A stretch of 64,000 bases of DNA from an uncultured Clostridium sp. (GTDB taxonomy: Bacteria; Bacillota; Clostridia; Lachnospirales; Lachnospiraceae), in contig CAMMNN010000002.1 in assembly GCA_946498245.1 (NCBI GenBank), positions 56,898 to 120,897 on the forward strand, in the 5' to 3' direction. Position numbers and translations under genes: made by a program. The notes beneath the pieces were generated by a model. That model searched no databases, was not told the DNA's origin, and saw only the letters and a list, made by a program, of their open reading frames with translations. Of the stretch, positions 28,423-37,421 are shown one piece after another; the first letter of the stretch is position 1, and every line of letters begins with the position of its first letter.

Positions 28423-29610
28423 ATGAAAATTACACAAGTAAAAACGATTTTGACTTCACCTAACCAGAATTATCTCTTTGTAAAAATCGTAACCGATTCC
28501 GGTCTTTACGGCGTGGGAGACGCTTCGTTAAACGGGCGGGAACAGACGGTAGCGGATTTTATCGATACCTATCTGGCCCCTATGCTCATGGGCCGGGATC
28601 CGGAAGCCATTGAAGATTTCTGGCAGCTTGTATACCGCGGATCCTACTGGAGAGGCGGCAATATTGTCATGAGCGCACTGTGCGGAATCGATATGGCCCT
28701 ATGGGATATTCTGGGAAAATCGGCGGGAAAACCCCTGTACGCCCTTTTAGGCGGAAAAATGCGGGATCGGATCCTCTGCTACTCCCATGTTTTAGGGGGA
28801 GATAAAGCCCAGCAGGTTGCCCTGGCCGCAGACTACGTCAAAAAACGCGGGCTAAAGGTTATCCGGCTCAGAGCCGGCCTTCCTGCCGCCAACGGAACTT
28901 TCGGGGTAAAAAAAGCCCAGAATGGCCCTGTTATCGAGCCCTGGGATCCGGAAAAAGAAATTTATGAAACCATTGAATTTTTTATCAAAGTCCGGGAAGC
29001 CGTAGGGAGGCACGTAGGAATTATCTACGATCTCCATGAACGCTTCAGCCCGGATCAGGCTGTCCGCATTATGCGGAAGCTGGAGCCCTACGATCCCTTC
29101 TTTATTGAGGATCCTATTGCCCCGGACTCCCCTGACAGCCTGCGCTATGTGCGGGAAAAAACTGCGGTTCCCATTGCCTTTGGGGAGCTTTACAAAAGCC
29201 GCTGGGAATGCCTTCCCGCCATTACGGGCCACTGGATCGACTATATCCGCTGCGATGTGATCCGCATCGGAGGCATTACCGAGGCGCGGAAAATATCGGC
29301 TCTGGCGGAGACTTACGATGTAAAAACCGCATGGCACGGGCCCAATGATGTTTCTCCCATTACTCATGCGGTAAACTGGCATCTCAACGTATCGGCATAC
29401 AACTTTGGTATTCAGGAAGACGGGACCGCCGACAATCTGATAAAAACCGTGGTAACCGGCGGGCCTTCTTATGAAGACGGCTACCTGGTCATGGAAGAGC
29501 GTCCCGGTATTGGCTGCGACATTAACGAAGAAAAAGCAGCCCGCTACCCCTTCCGCAAAGCCTATATCCCTATCTGCCGCCAGGAAGACGGCAGCCTGCA
29601 TACCTGGTAA
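28423..29610 (+). CDS. Enolase-superfamily dehydratase, D-mannonate dehydratase (ManD) subgroup-like
   Basis: 395-aa ORF with the N-terminal MKITQVKTIL...LFVKIVTDSGLYGVGDASLNGRE pattern of the ManD/RspA subgroup, and barrel metal-ligand blocks (IYDLHE, FIEDP, GE). Confidence 0.85.
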   Translation: MKITQVKTILTSPNQNYLFVKIVTDSGLYGVGDASLNGREQTVADFIDTYLAPMLMGRDPEAIEDFWQLVYRGSYWRGGNIVMSALCGIDMALWDILGKSAGKPLYALLGGKMRDRILCYSHVLGGDKAQQVALAADYVKKRGLKVIRLRAGLPAANGTFGVKKAQNGPVIEPWDPEKEIYETIEFFIKVREAVGRHVGIIYDLHERFSPDQAVRIMRKLEPYDPFFIEDPIAPDSPDSLRYVREKTAVPIAFGELYKSRWECLPAITGHWIDYIRCDVIRIGGITEARKISALAETYDVKTAWHGPNDVSPITHAVNWHLNVSAYNFGIQEDGTADNLIKTVVTGGPSYEDGYLVMEERPGIGCDINEEKAARYPFRKAYIPICRQEDGSLHTW

Positions 29611-29637
29611 GGTACAGTTAGAATTTCCTCCCCCCTG

Positions 29638-29685
29638 AGGGCGCCGCCCATCTGCCAAGGCAGAAATAGTATGCGGCGCCCTTTT
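29638..29685 (+). terminator. Putative terminator after the ManD-like gene
   Basis: AGGGCGCCGC (29638-29647) pairs with GCGGCGCCCT (29673-29682) around an internal CTGCC-AA-GGCAG hairpin, then TTTT. The loop is long, so confidence is moderate. Confidence 0.45.
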
Positions 29686-30445
29686 ACAAAAAAAGTTCGT
29701 TTTCCCTGCGAACATTTTTCAGCGCTCCCAGCATCTTTTCCGTCCTCTCCTTTACAGGCGGCGGCAATATCCTGGCCCCCTGGGGACAGACTGCCGTACA
29801 GGCCATGCACATCATACAGTTTTCCACATTGGTCATTACTTTGGTCCCCTCTATGGAAATAGCCTCTGTAGGACATACCTTGGCGCATGTTCCGCACTGA
29901 TTGCAGGAGGGAAGGGAAATAGGCGCAGCCGGCACAGCCATTGCTTCTTTATAAGGGTAATTTCCCGGAACCTTAACCGGGCTGTCCCCTGCAGCCTCTA
30001 TTTTTTCCAGGACCTTTCTCCCAAAGTCCAGGATTTCCTCCTGATCCTTACTGTCCGGCCTTCCCTGCCCTACCTCCGGGGCTATGGAATGCTGGGCGAT
30101 AAGGGCGGCGGAAGCCGTTATTTGAAATCCCTGGGCTTCCATAACCCGGTTTAATTCCAAAAGGGCGTCGTCGTAGTCCCTGTTTCCGTAAACAGCCAGA
30201 GTCACCGCTCTTTTCCCCTCTCCATGGAGCTTTTTCAGCTTTTCCGTTACAAAAGCCGGGATTCTTCCGCCAAAAACCGGGGCGGCAACTGCGATCCACT
30301 CTTCTTTTGCTTCCTCTGTCTCCTGACTTTGCGCTCCCAGATTTACTTCTCTTACGGTTTCTGCAATTCCCTGACAGAAGATCTCCCCTGCCTTTTTCGT
30401 ACCCCCTGTGGGACTGAAATAATAAAATCCGATTTTATCCAGCAT
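29684..30445 (-). CDS. Flavodoxin-like / 2x[4Fe-4S] ferredoxin fusion protein (EFR1-type)
   Basis: Two Cys clusters CNQCGTCAKVCP and CMMCMACTAVCP in the C-terminal third. Flavodoxin-like N-terminal region (YYFSPTGGTKK). Confidence 0.8.
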   Translation of the reverse strand: MLDKIGFYYFSPTGGTKKAGEIFCQGIAETVREVNLGAQSQETEEAKEEWIAVAAPVFGGRIPAFVTEKLKKLHGEGKRAVTLAVYGNRDYDDALLELNRVMEAQGFQITASAALIAQHSIAPEVGQGRPDSKDQEEILDFGRKVLEKIEAAGDSPVKVPGNYPYKEAMAVPAAPISLPSCNQCGTCAKVCPTEAISIEGTKVMTNVENCMMCMACTAVCPQGARILPPPVKERTEKMLGALKNVRRENELFL

Positions 30446-30519
30446 TGCTCTTCCTCCCTTTATGTTTTTATGTCAGCGTGCCGCTTTTATTTTTTGCATC
30501 TAACGTTAGTGTACTTCCT

Positions 30520-33078
30520 CTATGATGTACTGTCAATAACCCTGATCCTCTTTAAAAACCCCTTTATTTCCAGAGTTTCCCCGTCTGTCCGGAGAATCAC
30601 GGCTCCCTTTCTGGCAGTTTCCCAGACCGAAACTCCATATTTTTCCAGTCTGTCCAGGGTTTCCTTATGAGGGTGGCCGTAGGAATTTCCCTCTCCGTAG
30701 GAAAGGATCCCGTACTTTGGACGAAGCATTTGCAAAAGTTCCTCTGTCGTGCTTCCTTTGGAGCCGTGATGGCCTGCTTTCAGGACGGCCACAGGCCCCG
30801 TTTCCCCCAGCTCTATCATACGTTTTTCATCTTCCCCTTCCATATCTCCTGTCAAAAGCATCCGGAATTTCCCATACTCCGCCAGAAATACCAGGCTGTG
30901 GCGGTTTTTCTCCTGGCTGCCCGCTCCGGGAGAGGACGAGTCAGGGTAGAGGCAGGTAAGAACCAGAGGGCGCTCCCCTTCTGTATGGATCTCCTGGCCC
31001 CTTTTCATGTAGAAAACCTGGCTTCCCCTTTTTTGCGCCAGGGCCGCCAGCTCCTCATAGATTTCCTGGCCCTTTCCCGCTTCCGGTAAAATCACCTTCT
31101 CAATCCTGATCTCCTTGTCCTCTTCCAAAAGATACGCCAATCCACTGATATGATCCTGATCCCCATGGGTAACCACGGCGCAGTCAACAGACGAAATTCC
31201 CCGGCTTTCCAGAAAAGGCTTCAGGCTCCAGTTTCCCAGGGACTTTTTATCTGTGCTTCCTCCGTCTATTAAAATCACGCTTTTTCCTGTTTCCAACACT
31301 ATTCCGTCTCCCTGGCCTACGTCCAAAAATGTCACCGTAAGCCCTGACCTCTCTGACGCCGTAAGCAAGCCGGGAGCCAAAAGGGCCAATCCCGTCCAGA
31401 CGGCCAGGATAAGTCCCCCTTTTCGCCAGCCTGTTGCTTTTCCCGTTGTCTTTCCTGCTGCCTTTCCTATTCTCTCTCCTTCCGCCTTTTCTCCTGTCTC
31501 CTCCTTCTTCCTCATTACTTTTTGAATCCTCCACAGGGTCAAAACCGCCCCATACCAGGCTATAATCTTCCACAGCCCAGGCCGCCCTGACAGAAAGCTG
31601 CTTCCCGGCAGACTTTCCAGAAGCCGGCAGGCCCTTTCATAGAGCCAAAAGATCCCTTTTCCCGGAAGGATAGCCGCCTTCCCTGCCGGCAGCCACAGAC
31701 TTCCTAGAAGGATTCCGAGAATCCCGGAATACACCGCCCAAGCCATAAGGGGAATCACCAAAACGTTTAAGAAAATCCCATAAAAGGGAAAGCGGAAAAA
31801 GTTCCAGGCAATGGCCGGGGCCGTCATGATCTGCACCGCCCCGCTGGATATAAGGCCCCGGAGCAGCTTTTTTGCTGTCTTCCCGCCCTTTGAGTCTTTT
31901 CTACTTTTCTTTCCCGTCTGATTTTCCATCTCTTTTCCAATTTCAGTCCCCAGCCAGCCGATTCCCAGAACCGCCAGAAAGGAAAGCTGAAAGCCGCTTT
32001 GAAAAAGCTGGTAGGGTTCTTCCCCCGCCACTAAAACCGCTGCCAGCCCCAGGGCGGAAAGAAGGTCGTAGGTTCGCCCCAGGCAGTCCGCCCCAAAAGC
32101 GCAGATCATCATAATGGCGGCCCTTTTGGTGGATCCGGAAGCTCCTGTAAGGATTCCGTAACTGAGAACGGCAAAAGACGCCATTCCCGCCGCCGCTCCT
32201 ACGGGGAGTCCGGTTTTCTTTAGCAGGCGGTACAGTCCCATGCCTACAATGGACAGATGGAGTCCGCTAATGGCCAGGAGATGGGCGATGCCGTTTTTCT
32301 GGTACAAGTCCTGGATTTCACTATCCAGGCTTTTTTTATCGCCTAAGAGTACGGAGCGAAACAGCCCCGCCTCCGGCTCCCCGCAGATTTCCCCTAAAAG
32401 GCTGCTCCATTGCCGCCTCAGTCTGGCCAGCAGATCCGGATAGGGTTTTCCTTCGCTCCCCTCTACCGCCTCCCCTTCGGCCCAGCTTATCTGGCCGCTG
32501 ATGCCTCTGGAAAGAAGGTAGAGGCGGTAATCAAACTCTCCGGGATTTCTGGCGGATTCCAGAGACTTTACCTGTCCCCGGACGCGGATCTCGGCCCCTA
32601 TGGCAAAGGCCTCCTCTCCTGGTTCCAGGCTATCGGCCCTTACCAGAAGCCGTCTGGGAGCAAAGGGCTCCGGCTCCCTTTCTCCCTCCGGCTGGATTTC
32701 CTGAATCTTTCCCAGCCAGATTTCCCAGCCTGTGTCCGTCCTCTCCAGCCGTTCCAGCTCTCCGGCCACGTAAATTTCCCCGCCGTCTTCCTCCCTTTCC
32801 CGGAACCACTGCTCCTGCCTCTCCAGGGATTCGGCCTGACGCCCAGCCCAAAGGGCCCCCGCCCCATAAGCCAAAGCTGCAATGCAAAAAGGCAGAAGTA
32901 TCCCTCTGCCTCCTTTCTTTCGGATCCGCAAACCCAAAAGACCCAGAAGGCCCGACGCCAAAAAGGCCGTCAGCCAAAGCTGGATCTGATGGTTTCCCAA
33001 TCCTGCCATTTCTATCTGCAGAGCAAATACCTCTCCAAGTACGAACCCCGCTGCAATCCACAAAAATGGCCTCTTCAT
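30520..33078 (-). CDS. comEC: DNA internalization competence protein ComEC/Rec2
   Basis: 852-aa ORF with a polytopic competence domain and a C-terminal metallo-beta-lactamase domain (FLDVGQGDG ... VVTHGDQDHISG ... AGHHGS). Confidence 0.92.
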   Translation of the reverse strand: MKRPFLWIAAGFVLGEVFALQIEMAGLGNHQIQLWLTAFLASGLLGLLGLRIRKKGGRGILLPFCIAALAYGAGALWAGRQAESLERQEQWFREREEDGGEIYVAGELERLERTDTGWEIWLGKIQEIQPEGEREPEPFAPRRLLVRADSLEPGEEAFAIGAEIRVRGQVKSLESARNPGEFDYRLYLLSRGISGQISWAEGEAVEGSEGKPYPDLLARLRRQWSSLLGEICGEPEAGLFRSVLLGDKKSLDSEIQDLYQKNGIAHLLAISGLHLSIVGMGLYRLLKKTGLPVGAAAGMASFAVLSYGILTGASGSTKRAAIMMICAFGADCLGRTYDLLSALGLAAVLVAGEEPYQLFQSGFQLSFLAVLGIGWLGTEIGKEMENQTGKKSRKDSKGGKTAKKLLRGLISSGAVQIMTAPAIAWNFFRFPFYGIFLNVLVIPLMAWAVYSGILGILLGSLWLPAGKAAILPGKGIFWLYERACRLLESLPGSSFLSGRPGLWKIIAWYGAVLTLWRIQKVMRKKEETGEKAEGERIGKAAGKTTGKATGWRKGGLILAVWTGLALLAPGLLTASERSGLTVTFLDVGQGDGIVLETGKSVILIDGGSTDKKSLGNWSLKPFLESRGISSVDCAVVTHGDQDHISGLAYLLEEDKEIRIEKVILPEAGKGQEIYEELAALAQKRGSQVFYMKRGQEIHTEGERPLVLTCLYPDSSSPGAGSQEKNRHSLVFLAEYGKFRMLLTGDMEGEDEKRMIELGETGPVAVLKAGHHGSKGSTTEELLQMLRPKYGILSYGEGNSYGHPHKETLDRLEKYGVSVWETARKGAVILRTDGETLEIKGFLKRIRVIDSTS

Positions 33079-33117
33079 ATTCTATTTTTCTGTACTCCTT
33101 ATTTTACGCGCTTTCGA

Positions 33118-34089
33118 CTAATACGCTTTCGTCAGCAGCAGTTCCACTGCCAGTCTATCGGAAAGCCTTCCGGTTTTCACTTCCTCCTCCATCTGAGCGC
33201 AAAGCTCCACATAGGATAAAATCTGCTCCCTGGTAAACGCCCTGGCCTGTGGCATGATTCTCCCCACCACAAAGGGCTGAAGCTTCATTCGGGACGCTAT
33301 TGCATTTCTGTCCATTCCCGCCGCCGTCAGTTCTTTCACCTGCAGAATCTGGTTAAACTGTCTGGCAATGAGGAACAAAATCCTCATAGGCGGCTCCCTG
33401 AGGGTTAAAAGGTCCTCATAGAGATCCATAGCTTTTCTCGTCTGGCGTCCGGCAACGGCTCCGATCATTTCAAAAATCTTATTCACCGCCTGATCTGTGC
33501 TGACGGCTTCCACATCGCTGTCTGTAATGATTTCCCGGCCCATGGTAAAGCAGATAAGCTTTTCCAATTCCATGCGGATATTTTCCATATCGTCTCCGGT
33601 TCTGCTGAGGAAAAGCTCCATAGTGCCTTTGGTGATTTTCTTTCCTTCTTTGGCCAGAATCCCCGCCGCCCACCGCGCTACCTGGGCCGGCTCCTGGCGG
33701 TTTAATTCCGCCGCGTGGCCCGCCTTTTTCACTGCCTTATAAAGCTTGCCTCTCTTATCCACTTCCGATTCCACGAAAACCAGACAGGCCGTCTCCGGAA
33801 TGGACGGTATCCAGGCCGCCAGCTCCTCCGACGAGCTTTTAAACCAGCCTGTGTCTTCCAGTATCAGCAGCCGGCGTTCCGCAAAAAAGGGCATAGTTTC
33901 CGCCAGTCCCATTACCTCATTTACATCCGTGCCCTTCCCTTCAAAATAGTTGAAATTCATGGTATCGTCTCCGGCAATGGCTTCCTTCAGACGGTTTTTG
34001 TAGCTTTTTTTCAGAAATCCTTCCTCACCAAAGAGAAGGTAGATCCGGCGAAAGGATCCGTTTTTCAAATCCTCGTTTAAGGTCTGCAA
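33118..34089 (-). CDS. holA: DNA polymerase III subunit delta
   Basis: 323-aa ORF with holA-type N-terminal clamp-loader pattern (YLLFGEEGFL ... ) and adjacency to comEC. Confidence 0.88.
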   Translation of the reverse strand: MQTLNEDLKNGSFRRIYLLFGEEGFLKKSYKNRLKEAIAGDDTMNFNYFEGKGTDVNEVMGLAETMPFFAERRLLILEDTGWFKSSSEELAAWIPSIPETACLVFVESEVDKRGKLYKAVKKAGHAAELNRQEPAQVARWAAGILAKEGKKITKGTMELFLSRTGDDMENIRMELEKLICFTMGREIITDSDVEAVSTDQAVNKIFEMIGAVAGRQTRKAMDLYEDLLTLREPPMRILFLIARQFNQILQVKELTAAGMDRNAIASRMKLQPFVVGRIMPQARAFTREQILSYVELCAQMEEEVKTGRLSDRLAVELLLTKAY

Positions 34090-34103
34090 ACTATCCCTCC
34101 TAA

Positions 34104-35039
34104 TTATTGCTCCGTATATTCCAGGTTCTGCTCAAACAATGTGTTGAGGGAAACCAGATTTTTTAACATTACGTCCTGGGAGCCGTTGACGGAAAGCTGT
34201 ACCCGGCTGATACTCCCTGTCTCCGTCAGGCTGTTGACAATGGAGTAAATGGGAATGTACTCCTGGACATCCAGGCTGTTGTTTAAAAACGCCTGGTCAA
34301 AGTTAATGTAGCACACGCTCTCTGTCACAGAAATATTTAAGATCTTCGTATCCGGCGGCAGGGTCGCCTTCAGGCCCTCCGTCTGAGGTCCCTCAATAAG
34401 CTGCTCCACAATCAGCCGTTCCGTAGACGTATTAATGCTGTGCATGACTTCCCGCTTTTCCGCCACCAGCTTGTCGCCGGTTTCATTGGAAAAATAGAGA
34501 ACCAAATCCGATTTTTCAAAGCTGTTAACATTGCTGATGCTTTCTACGAAATCCCCGGCAGTCAGCATCCCCACAGGGGTTCCGGAGGAATCCGTAATGG
34601 GCTGATCCCCGCTGTAAATATTAATATAGTCAATGCCCTCTATCTGGGTAAAGAGCTTGGTCAGCGCCGCCCTGCACAGGATCTCCCTGGCGGAATCCAT
34701 GAGCATATAATTGGCGTCAAAGTAGAGATACAGCACATTATTTTCCAGAGAATATTTCTGGAAGCCTACCTTTTCTCCCAGGGCCGTCTGGCAGTCCCAA
34801 TCCGGCGGAACCTGGAGAAACTGGATCATCAGTTCTTCAATGAGGCTTCCCATGTCCTGGCTTTCCCCCTCCGGAACGTACTCTCTGGCTATAAGCCTGG
34901 TGCCGGAGGAATTAAGGTAATAAATCTCATAAGCTCCCTCCGGAACTTCCTCTGTCTCTTCCTGGGCTTTGCAGCCTCCTGCTGCCATTAGAAACAGCAG
35001 GCAGAGAGCCAAAAGCCATAACCGTTTCAAAATATACAT
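34104..35039 (-). CDS. GerM-like lipoprotein (tandem GerMN domains)
   Basis: Signal peptide with Cys (MAAGGC). Two repeated modules of about 100 aa ending ...VYLYF and ...CYINF, typical of GerMN domains. Confidence 0.7.
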   Translation of the reverse strand: MYILKRLWLLALCLLFLMAAGGCKAQEETEEVPEGAYEIYYLNSSGTRLIAREYVPEGESQDMGSLIEELMIQFLQVPPDWDCQTALGEKVGFQKYSLENNVLYLYFDANYMLMDSAREILCRAALTKLFTQIEGIDYINIYSGDQPITDSSGTPVGMLTAGDFVESISNVNSFEKSDLVLYFSNETGDKLVAEKREVMHSINTSTERLIVEQLIEGPQTEGLKATLPPDTKILNISVTESVCYINFDQAFLNNSLDVQEYIPIYSIVNSLTETGSISRVQLSVNGSQDVMLKNLVSLNTLFEQNLEYTEQ

Positions 35040-35052
35040 TTACCGCCTCCCG

Positions 35053-36516
35053 CTATTTAATATAGGTTAAGGGAATTTTTACCGTAAATACGGTGCCTTC
35101 CCCTTCTTTGCTTTCCAGCTTAATGGTTCCCTGGTGCATCAAAATAACGCTTTTGGTAATTGCAAGGCCCAGTCCCGTTCCGCCGGTTTCCCGTGACCGG
35201 GCTTTGTCTACCCGGTAAAACCGTTCAAAAACCCGATCCTGAAATTCTTCCGGAATCCCGATTCCGGAATCAGCTACTTTTACATAGAAAAATTTGTGAT
35301 CTGCATCTAAGGTCACCCGGACCCATCCGTCCTCTACATTGTATTTTACGGCATTTTCTACCAGGTTATTAAGAGCCAGAGATAACTTCACCTCGTCCGC
35401 TTCCGCGCTGACCTCCCGGATACTCTCTAAAATCAGCTCGATATTGCGTTTCTTTGCAATGGGACGTATCCGCTTTAATATCAGTTCCAGAAGGTTATTG
35501 ATGTTTACCTGGGAGATATTCATCTCCGCAGCGGATTTATCCATCTTTACCAGAGATAACAGATCGTCGATTATCTTGCTCTCTCTGTCGATTTCATCGG
35601 AAATATCCTGCATAAATTCCTGGTACAGTTCTGTAGGCACTTCCTCCATGCTCATAAGGGAATCCGCCAGTACCCGGATAGAGGTAATGGGGGTCTTCAG
35701 CTCATGAGAAACATTGGAAACAAACTCCTGCCTGGACTGATCCGCCGCCCTCAGCTTGCCGATAGTCTGATTAAATGCTTCTGAAATCCGTTTGGTTTCC
35801 AGGTAAGTGTCTTCCTCTATGGCCGTTTCCATATCTCCCTCTGCCGCCTTGCCGATCATTTCCGCCAGATTGCGGTACGGGTAAGTCAGAAAACGAGAAA
35901 TGACCACAGCCGTTACCCCAAGGATCAGCACGGCAATGAGCGCAAAAAAGCTGGACTGGCCCTGGACGGCGTCTGCTATGGAAATAAGGTTTTCCGTGGA
36001 AGCCGTTACCACCATAACTCCGTCTATCTTCCGTTCCGGGGTATTGCTGTAAATGGGAATGGTTTGGGCGAAATACTGCTTTTCTTTATTATAAACATTG
36101 CTCATTTCCCCCTGGAAGCAGCGGATTACCTCTTCCGCAATGCTGGTTCTCCCCACTGATAAATCAAAGGTATCCGCAATAATCCGGTAATTTTTGTCCA
36201 CAATGACAATACGGCCATTGTACAAATCGGCCGTAATCTCCATTTCTGTATTTAGGGAGCTGTCCTTGTAATCCGGAAGAAAATACCCTGCCCTGGTCAT
36301 TTTGCTGCTTAAAATCTGACACTGATTCAGCACCTCGCTGCGGCGGCTGTCAATCTGGCTCTGCCTTACGGTTCCTGCCAGAAGCTTTCCCTGGAACAAC
36401 AAGGGAAACAGGCCCACAGCCATTATAATCAGAACCAATGGAACCACCATACTAAAGACCGGGGGCCACGTATCAAGCCCCCGTTTTTTCCACAGAATCA
36501 TTGGTTTTCTTTCCAT
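35053..36516 (-). CDS. Sensor histidine kinase with no cognate response regulator adjacent
   Basis: Two TM segments flank an extracytoplasmic domain of about 150 aa. HAMP region, H-box FVSNVSHELKTP, HATPase motifs NLVENAVKY and GGTGLGLAI. Confidence 0.9.
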   Translation of the reverse strand: MERKPMILWKKRGLDTWPPVFSMVVPLVLIIMAVGLFPLLFQGKLLAGTVRQSQIDSRRSEVLNQCQILSSKMTRAGYFLPDYKDSSLNTEMEITADLYNGRIVIVDKNYRIIADTFDLSVGRTSIAEEVIRCFQGEMSNVYNKEKQYFAQTIPIYSNTPERKIDGVMVVTASTENLISIADAVQGQSSFFALIAVLILGVTAVVISRFLTYPYRNLAEMIGKAAEGDMETAIEEDTYLETKRISEAFNQTIGKLRAADQSRQEFVSNVSHELKTPITSIRVLADSLMSMEEVPTELYQEFMQDISDEIDRESKIIDDLLSLVKMDKSAAEMNISQVNINNLLELILKRIRPIAKKRNIELILESIREVSAEADEVKLSLALNNLVENAVKYNVEDGWVRVTLDADHKFFYVKVADSGIGIPEEFQDRVFERFYRVDKARSRETGGTGLGLAITKSVILMHQGTIKLESKEGEGTVFTVKIPLTYIK

Positions 36517-36534
36517 CTATCCACTACCCGTCTA

Positions 36535-37401
36535 TCAAATATCCAGCATCTTTGTGCAGGCTACCGCCAGGGATCCCGGCCCGATGTGACAGGCAACGCT
36601 GAGCGACAGGGGATCCATGTGAATAGGAGCGTCGGGATAGAGGGCGTGGATCTCCTGGCAGAACTCCTCTGCAGCGGCGTTGTTAGCCGTGTGGGCCACC
36701 TGGAGATAGGTGTGCTTTGCCTCTTTGTCCCCCAGACGGGTTTCCAGATCATGGGCCAGGGCTGACAGCATAGTCGATTTGGCCTGTTTCATGGTTCTTG
36801 CCTTGGAAAAAGCGTCCAGCTTTTCCCCGTCAATGATTAGTACCGGCTTGATCCGCAGAAGGGTACCCAAAGCTGCTGCCGCCGGGGTAATCCTGCCGCC
36901 CTTTTTCAGATATTTCAGGGTATCCACAGTAATGTAAATAATGGTTTCCGATTTAGTGGCTTCCAGCTTTTCCTTGATTTGAGCGGCGCTCCACCCTTTT
37001 TCCGCCATGGCCATGGCGTCCAGGACGGACTGGCGCTGAGTCACGGAAATTCTGTGGTTGTTCACCACCTGAACCTTCCCGTCGTAATCCTCCGCTAACA
37101 TCATCGCCGTCTGGCAGGAACCGGACAATCCGCTGGACATAGGGATATGGACGACCTCGTCGTACTCCTCCAGGGCCTTGTCCCACAGATTCATTACATC
37201 CTCCGGCGACGGCTGGGAAGTAGAGATATTGGCCCCCACTGCCAGCCGCTGGTAAAACTCTTCCTGGGTCAGATTTATATCTTCAAAATACGTTTCCTCG
37301 TTAATCATAAAGGGCATGGGAAGCACATAGACTCCCAGTTCTTTGGACTGGCTCTGGGTAATACCGCTGTTGCTGTCCGTTACAATCGCAGTTTTCATCA
37401 C
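36535..37401 (-). CDS. DegV family fatty-acid-binding protein
   Basis: 288-aa ORF with the N-terminal IVTDSNSGI motif and DegV family layout. Confidence 0.9.
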   Translation of the reverse strand: MMKTAIVTDSNSGITQSQSKELGVYVLPMPFMINEETYFEDINLTQEEFYQRLAVGANISTSQPSPEDVMNLWDKALEEYDEVVHIPMSSGLSGSCQTAMMLAEDYDGKVQVVNNHRISVTQRQSVLDAMAMAEKGWSAAQIKEKLEATKSETIIYITVDTLKYLKKGGRITPAAAALGTLLRIKPVLIIDGEKLDAFSKARTMKQAKSTMLSALAHDLETRLGDKEAKHTYLQVAHTANNAAAEEFCQEIHALYPDAPIHMDPLSLSVACHIGPGSLAVACTKMLDI

Positions 37402-37421
37402 TCAATTCTCCTTTATTATAT

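Noticed and set aside
28852-29715. 287-aa ORF antisense to the ManD-like gene
   Set aside because: It lies almost wholly inside a strongly supported enolase-superfamily gene. Its translation is Arg/Gly/Pro/Ala-rich with no motifs, which is typical of a shadow frame in GC-rich coding DNA.
32410-33219. 269-aa plus-strand ORF across comEC and the comEC/holA junction
   Set aside because: It is antisense to comEC and holA, Pro/Ser/Gly-rich and without motifs, so I treat it as a shadow ORF.
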